Source: a virus. From it: a stretch of DNA of 64,000 nt. The stretch is taken from IMG/VR virus record IMGVR_UViG_3300045988_183134, positions 1 through 64,000 of that record. One strand, 5' to 3'. The notes beneath the pieces are model-generated. The model had not been told where the DNA came from. It was given only the letters and a program-made list of their open reading frames with translations, and did not search any database. The position numbers and the translations under genes are program-made. Below are positions 7,869 to 17,677 of the stretch, one piece after another (the stretch's first letter is position 1; every line of letters begins with the position of its first letter).

Positions 7869-10064
7869 ATGATTACAACAAAGAAGATTGACCCACGGCC
7901 ATATCAGCAGAAAGCTGCTGCGGCGATTCATAGAGAGTGGGATGCCGGGAATAAGAAAACGCTGGTTGTGATGCCGACCGGAACCGGCAAAACTATTGTG
8001 TTTGCAAGCATCGTGAACGACCAGGTGGCAAAGGGTGAACACGTTTTGATTCTTGCGCACCGGGAAGAGCTTTTACAGCAGGCAAGCGACAAGCTCAAGA
8101 TGGTGACGGGGCTAGAGACCGCGTTAGAGAAAGCGCAAAGCTCGGCGCTCGATTCCGATAAGATGGTCGTGGTTGCCAGTGTTCAGACTCTCTCTAAGCA
8201 GAATCGGTTAATGAAGTATCCGCGTGATTATTTCGGGACTATCATCATTGATGAAGCGCATCACACGGCAGCCAAAACTTACAAGGGAATTCTCGAGCAT
8301 TTCATCGATGCCAAAGTGTTGGGCGTGACCGCAACACCCGACCGAAGCGACATGAAATCCCTATCTGATATCTTTGATAGTCTTGCATTTGAATATAAGC
8401 TCCCGGATGCAATTCGGGAAGGATATCTCTGCAAAATTAACACGAAGACAATTCCGGTCGAGGTAGACATCAGCAAGGTTCATATCAATGCCGGTGATTT
8501 CAGTGCTCAGGACCTCGGCAATGTTCTTGACCTGTATCTGGACACGATTGCGGATGCCATTGTGCGAGAATGCCAGAACCGAAAGACTGTCATCTTTACG
8601 CCTCTGGTACGAATCAGCAAAAGACTGTGTAATATCCTCAATAAGCGAAACTTCAAGACCGCAGAAGTCAACGGCGCGTCTGCGGACCGGAAGGACGTTC
8701 TGAAAGGGTTTGACAATGGCGAGTACAAGGCGCTGACGAACGCGATGCTCCTGACGGAAGGCTGGGATTGCCCGACCGTTGACTGTATCATCTGCTTGCG
8801 TCCTACCAAGAGCCGTAGCCTGTATGCGCAGATTGTGGGACGCGGAACACGCCTATGTGAAGGGAAAAAGAATCTTCTCGTGCTGGATTTCCTGTGGCTG
8901 ACAAAGAAACATAGTCTTTGCCATCCTGCTGATATTTTCTGTGAAGACCCGGAAGTGGCACAAAAGACCACCGATATGCTGGCGGATGCGGCACTCACCG
9001 GTTCGAATAGCCAGGAGAATTTCGGGAGTCCCGAATTGGGGCTGATTGAGGCAATCGAGGAAGCACAGACTGAGCTGGACGAGGAAAAGCGGAAAGCACT
9101 GTGTGAACTCGAAAAGCAGGATACGATTCAGCGCAAGCTCAAGGCACAGCGTCAAAAGCCGAGAGGATTGGTTGACCCGCTGCAGTACATTTTCAGCATC
9201 GAAGCGCCGGAACTCAACGATTATCAGCCGATGTTTGAGAGTGAGAGGCAGGAGCCTTCCGATGACATCATCGATAGTATTTCGTGCTACGGCGTAAAAG
9301 GGGATGCCATCAAATCTCAGGGCCTTGCCGCTGCAATTCTCAAACGACTCATTGCTCGCAGAGCCAGCGGAATGGCTACCCCGAAACAGATTCGGTGTCT
9401 TGAAAGTTTTGGGTTCGTCCATGTTGGGCGCTGGACATTGCGCTATGCAAGCAGCTTTTTGGACATCATCAGTTCTCATGACTGGAAACTTCCGAATGGG
9501 TTCGACGCATCCACGCTGGACCCGGAAAAGAATACGGCAGAAGACCTCGCCAAGCTGTATCCAGACTACAAGGAAGATGAGACGAAGAAAGCACCGCGTG
9601 GGGATGCTTTCATCTGCTGCTACTACGATGCAAGCTACAATTTGGCTCGCAAGAAGGTCTGCAACAGTGAAAAAGAAATGTTGAATCTGTATTATTCACT
9701 GTTCAATACTTGCGAAGCAAAGTACTTCTATTATACGAAGGAAGCTGATGCCTGGATGGCAGAAAAGCAGAATCTAATTGCCAGAAAGACTGGAACACCG
9801 ATTCCTGCCGCACAGCCGACTCAGGCAACACCCGCAGTACCTCCTCCCTTTGTCCCGACAGCTCCCGCTAAGAGCCACGAATATTATTGCTGCCTTGCCC
9901 GATGGGATGGGTCCTACATTGGCTATGAGATTTACAAGAGTGAGCAGGCAGCTCAGAATGCCCGAAAGCAGATTGCCCGGCGCGGTGAGACGGCAGTGTA
10001 TGCCACAGTAGAGGAAGCCGAAGCGTGGGTCGAACAACAGAAGGCGGCAAGAACCAGGAGGTAA
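7869..10064 (+). CDS. SF2 DEAD/DEAH-box (ResIII-type) helicase with a C-terminal extension
   Basis: MPTGTGKT Walker A, IIIDEAHH motif II, GVTATPDR motif III, VGRGTR motif VI; 731 aa. Confidence 0.9.
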   Translation: MITTKKIDPRPYQQKAAAAIHREWDAGNKKTLVVMPTGTGKTIVFASIVNDQVAKGEHVLILAHREELLQQASDKLKMVTGLETALEKAQSSALDSDKMVVVASVQTLSKQNRLMKYPRDYFGTIIIDEAHHTAAKTYKGILEHFIDAKVLGVTATPDRSDMKSLSDIFDSLAFEYKLPDAIREGYLCKINTKTIPVEVDISKVHINAGDFSAQDLGNVLDLYLDTIADAIVRECQNRKTVIFTPLVRISKRLCNILNKRNFKTAEVNGASADRKDVLKGFDNGEYKALTNAMLLTEGWDCPTVDCIICLRPTKSRSLYAQIVGRGTRLCEGKKNLLVLDFLWLTKKHSLCHPADIFCEDPEVAQKTTDMLADAALTGSNSQENFGSPELGLIEAIEEAQTELDEEKRKALCELEKQDTIQRKLKAQRQKPRGLVDPLQYIFSIEAPELNDYQPMFESERQEPSDDIIDSISCYGVKGDAIKSQGLAAAILKRLIARRASGMATPKQIRCLESFGFVHVGRWTLRYASSFLDIISSHDWKLPNGFDASTLDPEKNTAEDLAKLYPDYKEDETKKAPRGDAFICCYYDASYNLARKKVCNSEKEMLNLYYSLFNTCEAKYFYYTKEADAWMAEKQNLIARKTGTPIPAAQPTQATPAVPPPFVPTAPAKSHEYYCCLARWDGSYIGYEIYKSEQAAQNARKQIARRGETAVYATVEEAEAWVEQQKAARTRR

Positions 10065-10068
10065 TCAT

Positions 10069-10623
10069 ATGCGTACAGACAAAACAGCAAGCCACATTTG
10101 CTACGAGCTTGACCACGATGTGCAGGAATATGCGAAACGGCTTTTAGCCAAAAAAATGCTGCACGCGGTACGGCAGGACAATACTGCTTCATTGCCTGAC
10201 GAAATGGCAAAAAAACTCTCCGAAACGGCAGTATTTCTGACCGAACGCCTCGCGCTTTTGTATGAACTGAATTCCGGATTCCGAGGCATCCGATTCAGCA
10301 CTTTCGGAGAACAACCTGCTGTTTACACTACCATGGTCCAGCACAATGCTCCGCTGTACGATGAGCTGATGCTTGGACGGGCCTATAACCTTGCCAACTA
10401 CCTTACTGCTGATAATGAGGATATCAAAGAATCTGCTTTGATGAAGCACAAGGTTTTGGCAGCAATTTATAGTGCCGCTGCATACATGAAAGGGCAGACT
10501 CCGGAGCAGGGAAAAATCTCGATTCAGAACCAGCTGTTTGTGTCTACGGCTGTTGAGCTGTTTGATGGTCTTTTGAGTGCAGCGGAAGAGAAAAAGAACG
10601 GCAGCGATAAAAGTGCCGCCTGA
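10069..10623 (+). CDS. hypothetical protein
   Basis: 184-aa ORF with AGGAGG RBS. Confidence 0.65.
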   Translation: MRTDKTASHICYELDHDVQEYAKRLLAKKMLHAVRQDNTASLPDEMAKKLSETAVFLTERLALLYELNSGFRGIRFSTFGEQPAVYTTMVQHNAPLYDELMLGRAYNLANYLTADNEDIKESALMKHKVLAAIYSAAAYMKGQTPEQGKISIQNQLFVSTAVELFDGLLSAAEEKKNGSDKSAA

Positions 10624-10645
10624 GTTAGAAATTAGGAGAATTTGC

Positions 10646-11098
10646 ATGATTCGAGTTAAGAAAGAGAACCACCGTAGTTGGTTCATGAGCAACTATTATC
10701 CTTGCGAATTTGTGATGAATGGGATTCGCTACAAGAACGCTGAAGCAGCGTTTCAGAGTCACAAGGTCCCACTGGAAGAGCGCAGACAGTTTGCGGACAT
10801 GCCACCGGCTTCTGCCAAGCGCTTTGGCCGCAATGTAGCTATCCCCGCAAACTGGGACAAAACTCGGGACGATGTAATGCGCCGCGTGGTGATGGCTAAA
10901 TTCGAACAGAATGAAGACCTCAAGCAGCGTCTCCTCGAAACGGGTACGCAGCCCATCGAGGAAGATACCACCAGCTGGCATGACAATTACTGGGGCGACT
11001 GCCATTGCCCGAAATGCCAGAACATCCCAGGTCAAAACCGGCTTGGAACTATTCTGATGGAAACGAGGGATAAATTGAAAAAGCAAGCTGGCAAATAA
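10646..11098 (+). CDS. NADAR (YbiA/DUF1768) family ADP-ribose-processing protein
   Basis: ATG after AGGAG; SNYYPCEF..YKNAEAAFQ..and E.TSWHDNYWGDC..GQNRLG.ILM motifs typical of NADAR. Confidence 0.8.
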   Translation: MIRVKKENHRSWFMSNYYPCEFVMNGIRYKNAEAAFQSHKVPLEERRQFADMPPASAKRFGRNVAIPANWDKTRDDVMRRVVMAKFEQNEDLKQRLLETGTQPIEEDTTSWHDNYWGDCHCPKCQNIPGQNRLGTILMETRDKLKKQAGK

Positions 11099-11210
11099 TA
11101 CTTGCAATGGCTTGCGAGTCCCATATAATTAGAAACGTAATCAAAAAGAACTATCTTTTGCGAGGACTCCGTTGCCGACGGCGTTCTCGTTTTCTTTTGT
11201 TCAAACGCAA

Positions 11211-11251
11211 AAGGCTGCCGCCCAGTAATGGGTAGCAGCCTTATTTTTTTT
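11211..11251. terminator. bidirectional terminator between convergent genes
   Basis: AAGGCTGC..GCAGCCTT hairpin flanked by an A-run and a T-run. Confidence 0.65.
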
Positions 11252-11302
11252 GTTTGTATCAACCGATAGGGCAGCAAATCATCTTGCCGCATTCAGAATG
11301 AT

Positions 11303-13189
11303 TCATTGCACGATTTCGCCCAGGTCATTTGCGTATTTCGGGTCACACATCATGAAGTAGTTGACGGGGCCGTACTCCAGACCGAGCTCCTGCGCGTATG
11401 CCTTGATAGTTTCCAGAACGTCCTCTTTCTTGAGGCCAAACTTGGAATGCAGACGGGCAAACTCTTTGTCAGAGACAGAAACGCAAGAGCAATTTTCTGC
11501 ATCGGTTTCTTTGCTGCCCAGCATCCCGTCAAAGATGTCCTGCCCTGCACAGAGAATCGTCTCATTGTTCATCGCATAGGCGATAACGGAAGCCTTACAG
11601 TCAAAGTCGCTGTCTTCCACAAGGAAATCCTCAGGGCGGCCGTGACGTTCAACAACGTTTTCATAGATGTCCCGGAGTTCGATAGGAGCAGAAGGAGCGG
11701 TCAGCGCTGCTTTATGAAGGCGCATGAATTCCACAAACTTTTCATCCGAGAGGGTATCGGTATAAAAGCCGATGCCGGAAACGCGAACCTTCACTTCGCT
11801 GGCAAAGTAATCGTCAATTTTGGAGACGATTTTCTGCTGAACCCGCTTGTACGCTTCCTGAACATTGGAAGCCGTGTAAAATACCGGGAACTTCATGATG
11901 TCGATTCCCTCCGGCAGACTCGCGTCATAGGCCGCATCAATGCCGCCTCGCAGCGCCGGAACCGCGTCATGCAGCTCTTTCACAGAAGAAATGTATCCGG
12001 TAATGTACAGCTCATCGTTTTTGCTGTAATGCCCGATAAGTCCTACATAGAGAGTCTGCATCAGCATCCGCTTGAAGCTGAACCAACAAAGACGAATGGG
12101 TAGAATGACATTAGCAGCCGTACCTTCCGCACGATAGGTGCCGGGGGCAGAGACCTTTTCCAGCAGAATCTGGTCGTTCTTGTCACCGTATTTTTCCTTG
12201 AAAAGAGCTTGAAGAATTTCAGTGGACGAAAGAGGAGTGGACATTGGAATCGTTTCATTCAGAAAAGAGAGGAATGCATCCACGTTGTCTTTCTGCCATG
12301 CGTCATCAGACATGCTTGCACGCTGCATAGAGAGCTTGTCTTTCCCGTCGTCAGGCAAGGGCTTATACCCACAGGCGATACGAAGCTCGTTCTCCGTGAC
12401 AGCATCCGTTGCGCTTGCAATTTTCTTGATGGTATTCTCGGTCGGCTGAGCTTTCGCGTTGCCGTTCGCAAGGTTACTGATATATCCACGAGTCAGCCCC
12501 GCTTGAAACGCAAACTTGCCCTGTGTGCGGGTTCCAATGGCTTTTTTGACCAGCGATGCCAGCCTTTGAAAGTCGGGCTCTTTGGGAAAGGTGGCCTCCG
12601 TATCCTTATTGCTGTTCTTTTCAAGTACCGACTTGTCCCAACCGGTGACAAGAGAATACCCAATATCCTTCAAGGATTGATAGGCAACCCCGTTCTGGTC
12701 AAGAGCCGGGGAGTAAATACCGCTGTTATCTTCCAGCTGCTCTACTGCCTCACGCATCATCCTTGCTTCGTTCATCAGGATGACGTCCGGGGCTTCAAGC
12801 CGGGCAAGACTCTTGTACCGATTATTGAGGCGCTCGACTCGTGCGGCCAATGCAGTGATGTTGGCAACTTGGTCTTCCGTTGCATGGGCAGAGATATCTG
12901 CACCAAGTTCAAAATGGTTCAGTGCAGGAATATCCACGCCTTTGCTCTTGGCGAATTCCACAATGGCTTCCGCGCCATAGAAACGCTTCTCATGGGCTGC
13001 GACAACTTTCGTTATCGTGTCGGCCGAGTTGTCCAGCTCAAGCACTTCACCTTTTCCGGCATCCTCGACATAACACCTGGCGTTGGTGAGAAAGCCTTTC
13101 AAAAAATCAGCATCCACATCCAGCTTCTTAGCGATGTCGGGCAGCTGCTTATAGAAAATCACGCGCGTGGCGAGGTTAACAGAAATCAT
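11303..13189 (-). CDS. large protein with a central XRE-type HTH
   Basis: 628 aa, AAAGGAG RBS; HTH KFAFQAGLTRGYISNLANG; one of three minus-strand genes, divergent from the operator region. Confidence 0.8.
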   Translation of the reverse strand: MISVNLATRVIFYKQLPDIAKKLDVDADFLKGFLTNARCYVEDAGKGEVLELDNSADTITKVVAAHEKRFYGAEAIVEFAKSKGVDIPALNHFELGADISAHATEDQVANITALAARVERLNNRYKSLARLEAPDVILMNEARMMREAVEQLEDNSGIYSPALDQNGVAYQSLKDIGYSLVTGWDKSVLEKNSNKDTEATFPKEPDFQRLASLVKKAIGTRTQGKFAFQAGLTRGYISNLANGNAKAQPTENTIKKIASATDAVTENELRIACGYKPLPDDGKDKLSMQRASMSDDAWQKDNVDAFLSFLNETIPMSTPLSSTEILQALFKEKYGDKNDQILLEKVSAPGTYRAEGTAANVILPIRLCWFSFKRMLMQTLYVGLIGHYSKNDELYITGYISSVKELHDAVPALRGGIDAAYDASLPEGIDIMKFPVFYTASNVQEAYKRVQQKIVSKIDDYFASEVKVRVSGIGFYTDTLSDEKFVEFMRLHKAALTAPSAPIELRDIYENVVERHGRPEDFLVEDSDFDCKASVIAYAMNNETILCAGQDIFDGMLGSKETDAENCSCVSVSDKEFARLHSKFGLKKEDVLETIKAYAQELGLEYGPVNYFMMCDPKYANDLGEIVQ

Positions 13190-13201
13190 GGTGTACTCCT
13201 T

Positions 13202-13323
13202 TCAAATATGTCATTTGCTGTATAATAATGTCATCTTCTGTAATTATAATAGCACATCTCGTACTAAAAAGCAAGCATGAATTTACAATAAATGACAATA
13301 AAATACACAAGATGACATATTTG
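13202..13323. promoter_or_regulatory. divergent control region: two ~39-bp inverted repeats carrying four A(A/G)ATGACAT operator-like sites
   Basis: ATGTCAT at 13208 and 13228, ATGACA(A/T) at 13292 and 13312, 20-bp spacing in each pair; minus-strand TTGCTT-17-TATTAT lies between them. Confidence 0.6.
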
Positions 13324-13426
13324 GGCAAAGCGGTTGATTTCCGAGCCTTTGCTACCCCATGACGGAACGTGCCCTGTGCGTCTTGTCTATGCCACAGTTT
13401 TGTCACGGCTTTGCCATATTTTTGCC

Positions 13427-13454
13427 TTGTGCATCCGTGCGAATTGAATATGAT
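13427..13454 (+). promoter_or_regulatory. dyad-box promoter, family copy
   Basis: TTGTGC atcc GTGCGAA ttgaa TATGAT. Confidence 0.55.
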
Positions 13455-13513
13455 GGGAAATATAAAATAAATAAGTGTAAGCCGCAGAGGATAGGTTTCT
13501 GCGGCTTCTTTTT
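13455..13513 (+). terminator. promoter-proximal leader ending in an intrinsic terminator
   Basis: AAGCCGCAG..CTGCGGCTT hairpin at 13479-13507 followed by CTTTTT. Confidence 0.6.
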
Positions 13514-13528
13514 GTGTTTTCTAAATTT

Positions 13529-13708
13529 CATCCGGAACTGTGCGACAACTGGAACCGTAAGCTCAACACCCGCATCGACCCGATGCAGGTAACAGCTTCC
13601 GGCACAAAGGCTGTTTACTGGGTCTGCACCAAGTGCGGGCGCAAATGAAAAGCATCCATCAACGACAGGGTACAGGGGAAAGCAGAATGCCCTACTCTGA
13701 AGTGCCAC
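13529..13708 (+). pseudogene. remnant of a DUF4379-type zinc-ribbon repeat, paralog of 13950-15818
   Basis: HPELCDNWN..YWVCTKCGRK*KASIND..ECP aligns to HPELLKEWD..HWICSKCGHKWEAPING..TCP; no start codon; TGA sits where the paralog has Trp. Confidence 0.6.
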
Positions 13709-13749
13709 TATATATATTCTCTCATTTCATTAAATAAAAGCTATCATAA

Positions 13750-13789
13750 ACGCACGCATGCATTCAAAAAATGTGTGCGTGCGTTTTTT
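13750..13789 (+). terminator. intrinsic terminator
   Basis: ACGCACGCA..TGCGTGCGT hairpin followed by TTTTTT. Confidence 0.65.
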
Positions 13790-13895
13790 GTGCGTTTCCG
13801 CACATTTAACGCTCATTTTTTTGTGGGGACCAGCCCGTGACATAATAGATTCAGACGGAAGAAATAAACAGCCTTATTCAAATAAGTAAAAAGGC

Positions 13896-13930
13896 ATCCT
13901 ATGCAGAGAGATTCTGCATAGGATTTTTTA
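13896..13930 (+). terminator. hairpin plus T-tract directly upstream of 13950
   Basis: ATCCTATGCAGA..TCTGCATAGGAT followed by TTTTTTA. Confidence 0.55.
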
Positions 13931-13949
13931 TTAAAGAGGGAAATTCAAT

Positions 13950-15818
13950 ATGGCAGCGAAAATAAATAGAACAGGCAAAACATACGGAGATTTAACAGTT
14001 CTCGAAACTATCCCCGGCTCTAATTCAAAAGCAGATACCTATTTGGTGAAATGTAACTGCTGCGGAAACACAATGATAATTGGTATCGATGCGCTCTTGA
14101 AAGGGTTAAAGTGTAAAGACTGCCGAGGTAAAGACCGTAAACGTACATACCAGGATTTGGTTGGCGAAGAACACAACGGTATCAAAGTTATTTCTTTGGC
14201 AGAAGATGCGATTGGAAGCACGGGGCATAGAAACATTCGTTATAACTGTATGTGTAGCTGCGGAAAAGAGTTTGTTGCTTATCGCTCTTCTTTGCTGCGG
14301 GGAAAAGTGAAGTCTTGCGGTTGTTGCAAACACATTACCGAAGCTTCGAAAATGCTGGTAGATAATGCAGAAGCTATGCAAGACTATGACTTTGCAAAAA
14401 ATAAGGACGTAGATGTCAGTATGCTGACACAAGGAAGCAATATTGTTGTATGGTGGAAATGCTCTGCTTGTGGCACGGAATGGCAGGCAAGCGTATATCA
14501 TTACATCCAGCGTATCAAGAGTTGCCCGATATGCAGCACTATCGATAAAGGACAGACCTCGTTCCAAGAACAAGCAGTAGCGTATTATGCAAAAAAGTAT
14601 TTTTCAGAGGCTGTTATTGGAAACAAGAAAGTTATTGGAAAAGAGCTGGACATTTACATCCCCTCCATTCGCACTGCAGTAGAATACGATGGTGTTCGAT
14701 ACCATTCTGATGAGAAAAGAGTGAAAAATGACGAAGAAAAGTCCGAAAAATGCAAGCAGAATGGAATTCGGATAATTCGTATTCGCGAGCATGGGCTTCA
14801 GGAAATTCGTAATAGCGAGAATATCATCAGAGAAAACAATAGAGGGCACGCAACGCTCGACGCAGCAATTCGCCAATGCTTAGAGATGCTTGGTGTTTCT
14901 GAACCTAACATTGATACACAAAAGGATTCAAAAGACATCTATCATCAATACAAAGATTACAAAGCTGAACGAAGTATGGGCGGACGGCATCCGGAACTCC
15001 TGAAAGAATGGGACTACGAACTGAATGTAGGCATTGACCCGATGATGGTGTCATCATCTAGCTCAGAAATGGTTCATTGGATTTGCTCTAAGTGCGGGCA
15101 TAAATGGGAAGCACCCATCAATGGCAGAGCAAAAGAAAACGCAACATGTCCTGTTTGTACAACAGGCAAAAGAAGACGGAACGAAAAGAACAACCTTGCT
15201 ACAGAACATCCTGAAATTGTTGCTGAATGGGATTACGAAAAAAACAAGAATTTGAAGCCCGAATATTTCTCATCCGGGTCTGCAGAAAAATGCTGGTGGA
15301 AATGCAAAAACGGTCATTCCTACAAGATGATAATAGCCGATAGAGTATACGGGCATGACTGCCCTCAATGCTATAAACAAAAACACTTCAAGAGTGTGAT
15401 TTGCGTTGAAACAAAAGAGAGATTTTCTACAGCAAAAGAGGCTTCTCTTAAATACGGGATTAGCGGCGGTTCGCCTATCTTGAACTGCTGCAACAAGCTA
15501 CGTACAGTTGCCGGAGGATATCATTGGTTATTTGCCAATGAATACGAAAGCATGACAGAAGAGGAAGCAGATGCCTTTTTGAAAGCAAATCCATCACGCG
15601 ATAAGTTCGTCAAAAAAGGAAGAACTTACGATTTAGCTAATATGCACTTTGGTAAGCTAAAGGTCATTGAGAGAGCAGGAAGCCAAAACGGTCATGCTCG
15701 ATGGAAATGTCAATGTGATTGCGGAAACGAATGCTTTGCGATAACCCAAAGTCTTGTAGAAAACAAGAAAACATCATGCGGTCATTGTAATACGGAAAAT
15801 ACATCCAGTGCTGAGTAA
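13950..15818 (+). CDS. multi-zinc-ribbon protein with Vsr/DUF559-like PD-(D/E)xK core and NUMOD1-like HTH (homing-endonuclease-like mosaic)
   Basis: repeated W.C..CG..W......R....CP.C ribbons; ELDIYIP..AVEYDG..YH..IRIIRIRE core; GISGGSPILNCC..AGGYHW motif. Confidence 0.7.
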   Translation: MAAKINRTGKTYGDLTVLETIPGSNSKADTYLVKCNCCGNTMIIGIDALLKGLKCKDCRGKDRKRTYQDLVGEEHNGIKVISLAEDAIGSTGHRNIRYNCMCSCGKEFVAYRSSLLRGKVKSCGCCKHITEASKMLVDNAEAMQDYDFAKNKDVDVSMLTQGSNIVVWWKCSACGTEWQASVYHYIQRIKSCPICSTIDKGQTSFQEQAVAYYAKKYFSEAVIGNKKVIGKELDIYIPSIRTAVEYDGVRYHSDEKRVKNDEEKSEKCKQNGIRIIRIREHGLQEIRNSENIIRENNRGHATLDAAIRQCLEMLGVSEPNIDTQKDSKDIYHQYKDYKAERSMGGRHPELLKEWDYELNVGIDPMMVSSSSSEMVHWICSKCGHKWEAPINGRAKENATCPVCTTGKRRRNEKNNLATEHPEIVAEWDYEKNKNLKPEYFSSGSAEKCWWKCKNGHSYKMIIADRVYGHDCPQCYKQKHFKSVICVETKERFSTAKEASLKYGISGGSPILNCCNKLRTVAGGYHWLFANEYESMTEEEADAFLKANPSRDKFVKKGRTYDLANMHFGKLKVIERAGSQNGHARWKCQCDCGNECFAITQSLVENKKTSCGHCNTENTSSAE

Positions 15819-15852
15819 TTCGGTGCTGGATTTTTTATTGGGAGATATAGAC

Positions 15853-16905
15853 ATGGCAAAGAACGATAATTTGCATAAGGCGAAGGATGCGAAGAATGAT
15901 GAGTTCTACACCAGAATTGAGGATGTCGCTGAAGAACTGCGGCACTACAAGAAGCATTTCGCAGGCAAGGTTGTATTCTGCAACTGTGACGACCCCACTT
16001 GGTCTGCTTTCTGGCGGTACTTTCACCTGAACTTTGCAGAACTTGGCTTAAAGAAGCTGATTTCCACGCACTATGACCGTACCGAACCAACCTACAAGAT
16101 GGAGTACGAGGGCGGGAATGATAATGATGTGGAAGTCGGTGTAAAAACCCCGCTGGAAGGCAACGGCGATTTCCGGAGCAAGGAATGTCTCGACTTGCTG
16201 GATGAGTGTGATATTGTGGTAACCAATGAGCCGTTCAGCTTATTTCGCGAGTATGTTGGTACACTGATGCAGCACGGCAAAAAGTTCCTGATTATCGGGA
16301 ATAAGAACGCCATTACATACAAAGAGTTTTTTCCACTTCTGAAAGAAAACAAAGTGTGGATTGGCTATAGCTCACCTTCCGAGTTTGATACCCCAAATGG
16401 AATGACCAAGAAAATCAACGGTCTAACAAGATGGTTCACCAACCTCGACATCCAGAAGCGCCACGAGAAACTGATTCTTTGGCAGCGGTACTATGATAAT
16501 GACGGAAATCCTATGCCGGATGCGAAGGAGAGGTATCCGCATTACGATAACTATGATGCTATCAATGTGGGCAAGGTTGCTGATATTCCAATTGATTATC
16601 AAGGTGTAATGGGTGTGCCGATTACGTTCTTGGATAAGTATAATCCTGAACAATTTGAGATTGTTGGACTGTTAAATTCAAGCAGCGAATCATTAGCAGG
16701 TATTAAGGAACTCAGAATTTATGATGAATTCAAAGAAGTAAAACAAGACGGCTCATTTACAAAAGCAACTGGAAAAAAGACGAGAGGAAATCCCGTAATA
16801 AATGGAAAAGCTAAAAGCGGAAATTACTATATAAATCCAAATACTGGAGAATGTGTACATTCTACTTATGCACGCATTCTTATTCACAAAAAGGAAAATG
16901 AATGA
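15853..16905 (+). CDS. EcoRI-methylase-family N6-adenine DNA methyltransferase
   Basis: ATG after GGGAGAT; N-terminal DEFYT box and VVTNEPFSLFREY (NPPF-like catalytic motif). Confidence 0.75.
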   Translation: MAKNDNLHKAKDAKNDEFYTRIEDVAEELRHYKKHFAGKVVFCNCDDPTWSAFWRYFHLNFAELGLKKLISTHYDRTEPTYKMEYEGGNDNDVEVGVKTPLEGNGDFRSKECLDLLDECDIVVTNEPFSLFREYVGTLMQHGKKFLIIGNKNAITYKEFFPLLKENKVWIGYSSPSEFDTPNGMTKKINGLTRWFTNLDIQKRHEKLILWQRYYDNDGNPMPDAKERYPHYDNYDAINVGKVADIPIDYQGVMGVPITFLDKYNPEQFEIVGLLNSSSESLAGIKELRIYDEFKEVKQDGSFTKATGKKTRGNPVINGKAKSGNYYINPNTGECVHSTYARILIHKKENE

Positions 16906-17663
16906 TGGCAGAATATGATGTATTTATTTCCCACGCCAACGCTGATAAAGAACAATTTGTTGAAGAATTGTATAAATCTTTTCAAAAACTTGGAATTAAG
17001 ATTTTTTACGATTCTGATTCAATTGAGTGGGGCGACGATTGGGCATGCAAAATTCAGGATGGATTGGCAAAATGTCGTTACGGCGTTATTGTTATCTCAA
17101 ACAATTTTTATGATAGAGAGTGGACTGAAAAGGAATTAAAATCTCTATTGGTACGTCAAAACGATAATGGTGAAAATGTAATTTTGCCGATTTTATATAA
17201 CACTAACATTGATGAACTCAAGAAACACTGCAAAAGAGGATGTTATAAAGATTTAGCAAAAATTCAATTTATCAATAAGGAAGAGGTCGATGTTAAAGAC
17301 ATCACAATCCTTCTTGCCCGTAAACTACTCAAAGACAGCCGCATTGCAAATTCAACGGTACAAAAGTCCAAAGACAATAAAGCTATGTTTGACAATTTTT
17401 TTGAAAAAAACAATAGTATTGATTTTTATAGATGGCTTGACAGTTTGATTAAAAGCAATAACCAATGGAGCGATGGTTACCCTAATGACTTTATTGGCTG
17501 GCATCTCTTTAAGTATAATGGTAAATCAATTGCATTGATACAGGAGCAAGAGGACGAAAGTAATCCTTATGATAATTATATCAATTGTCAATATCGTATC
17601 AATCCGATATATTATAGCGATTTCTGTAAATACTTTGAAACTTATATTCGTCCACAGATGTAA
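16902..17663 (+). CDS. TIR-domain protein with an uncharacterised C-terminal domain
   Basis: YDVFISHANADKE..GIKIFYDS..W..I..GL..C.YGVIVIS..F..REW.EKEL; start overlaps the methylase stop (ATGA). Confidence 0.8.
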   Translation: MMAEYDVFISHANADKEQFVEELYKSFQKLGIKIFYDSDSIEWGDDWACKIQDGLAKCRYGVIVISNNFYDREWTEKELKSLLVRQNDNGENVILPILYNTNIDELKKHCKRGCYKDLAKIQFINKEEVDVKDITILLARKLLKDSRIANSTVQKSKDNKAMFDNFFEKNNSIDFYRWLDSLIKSNNQWSDGYPNDFIGWHLFKYNGKSIALIQEQEDESNPYDNYINCQYRINPIYYSDFCKYFETYIRPQM

Positions 17664-17677
17664 AGGAGACTACACCT

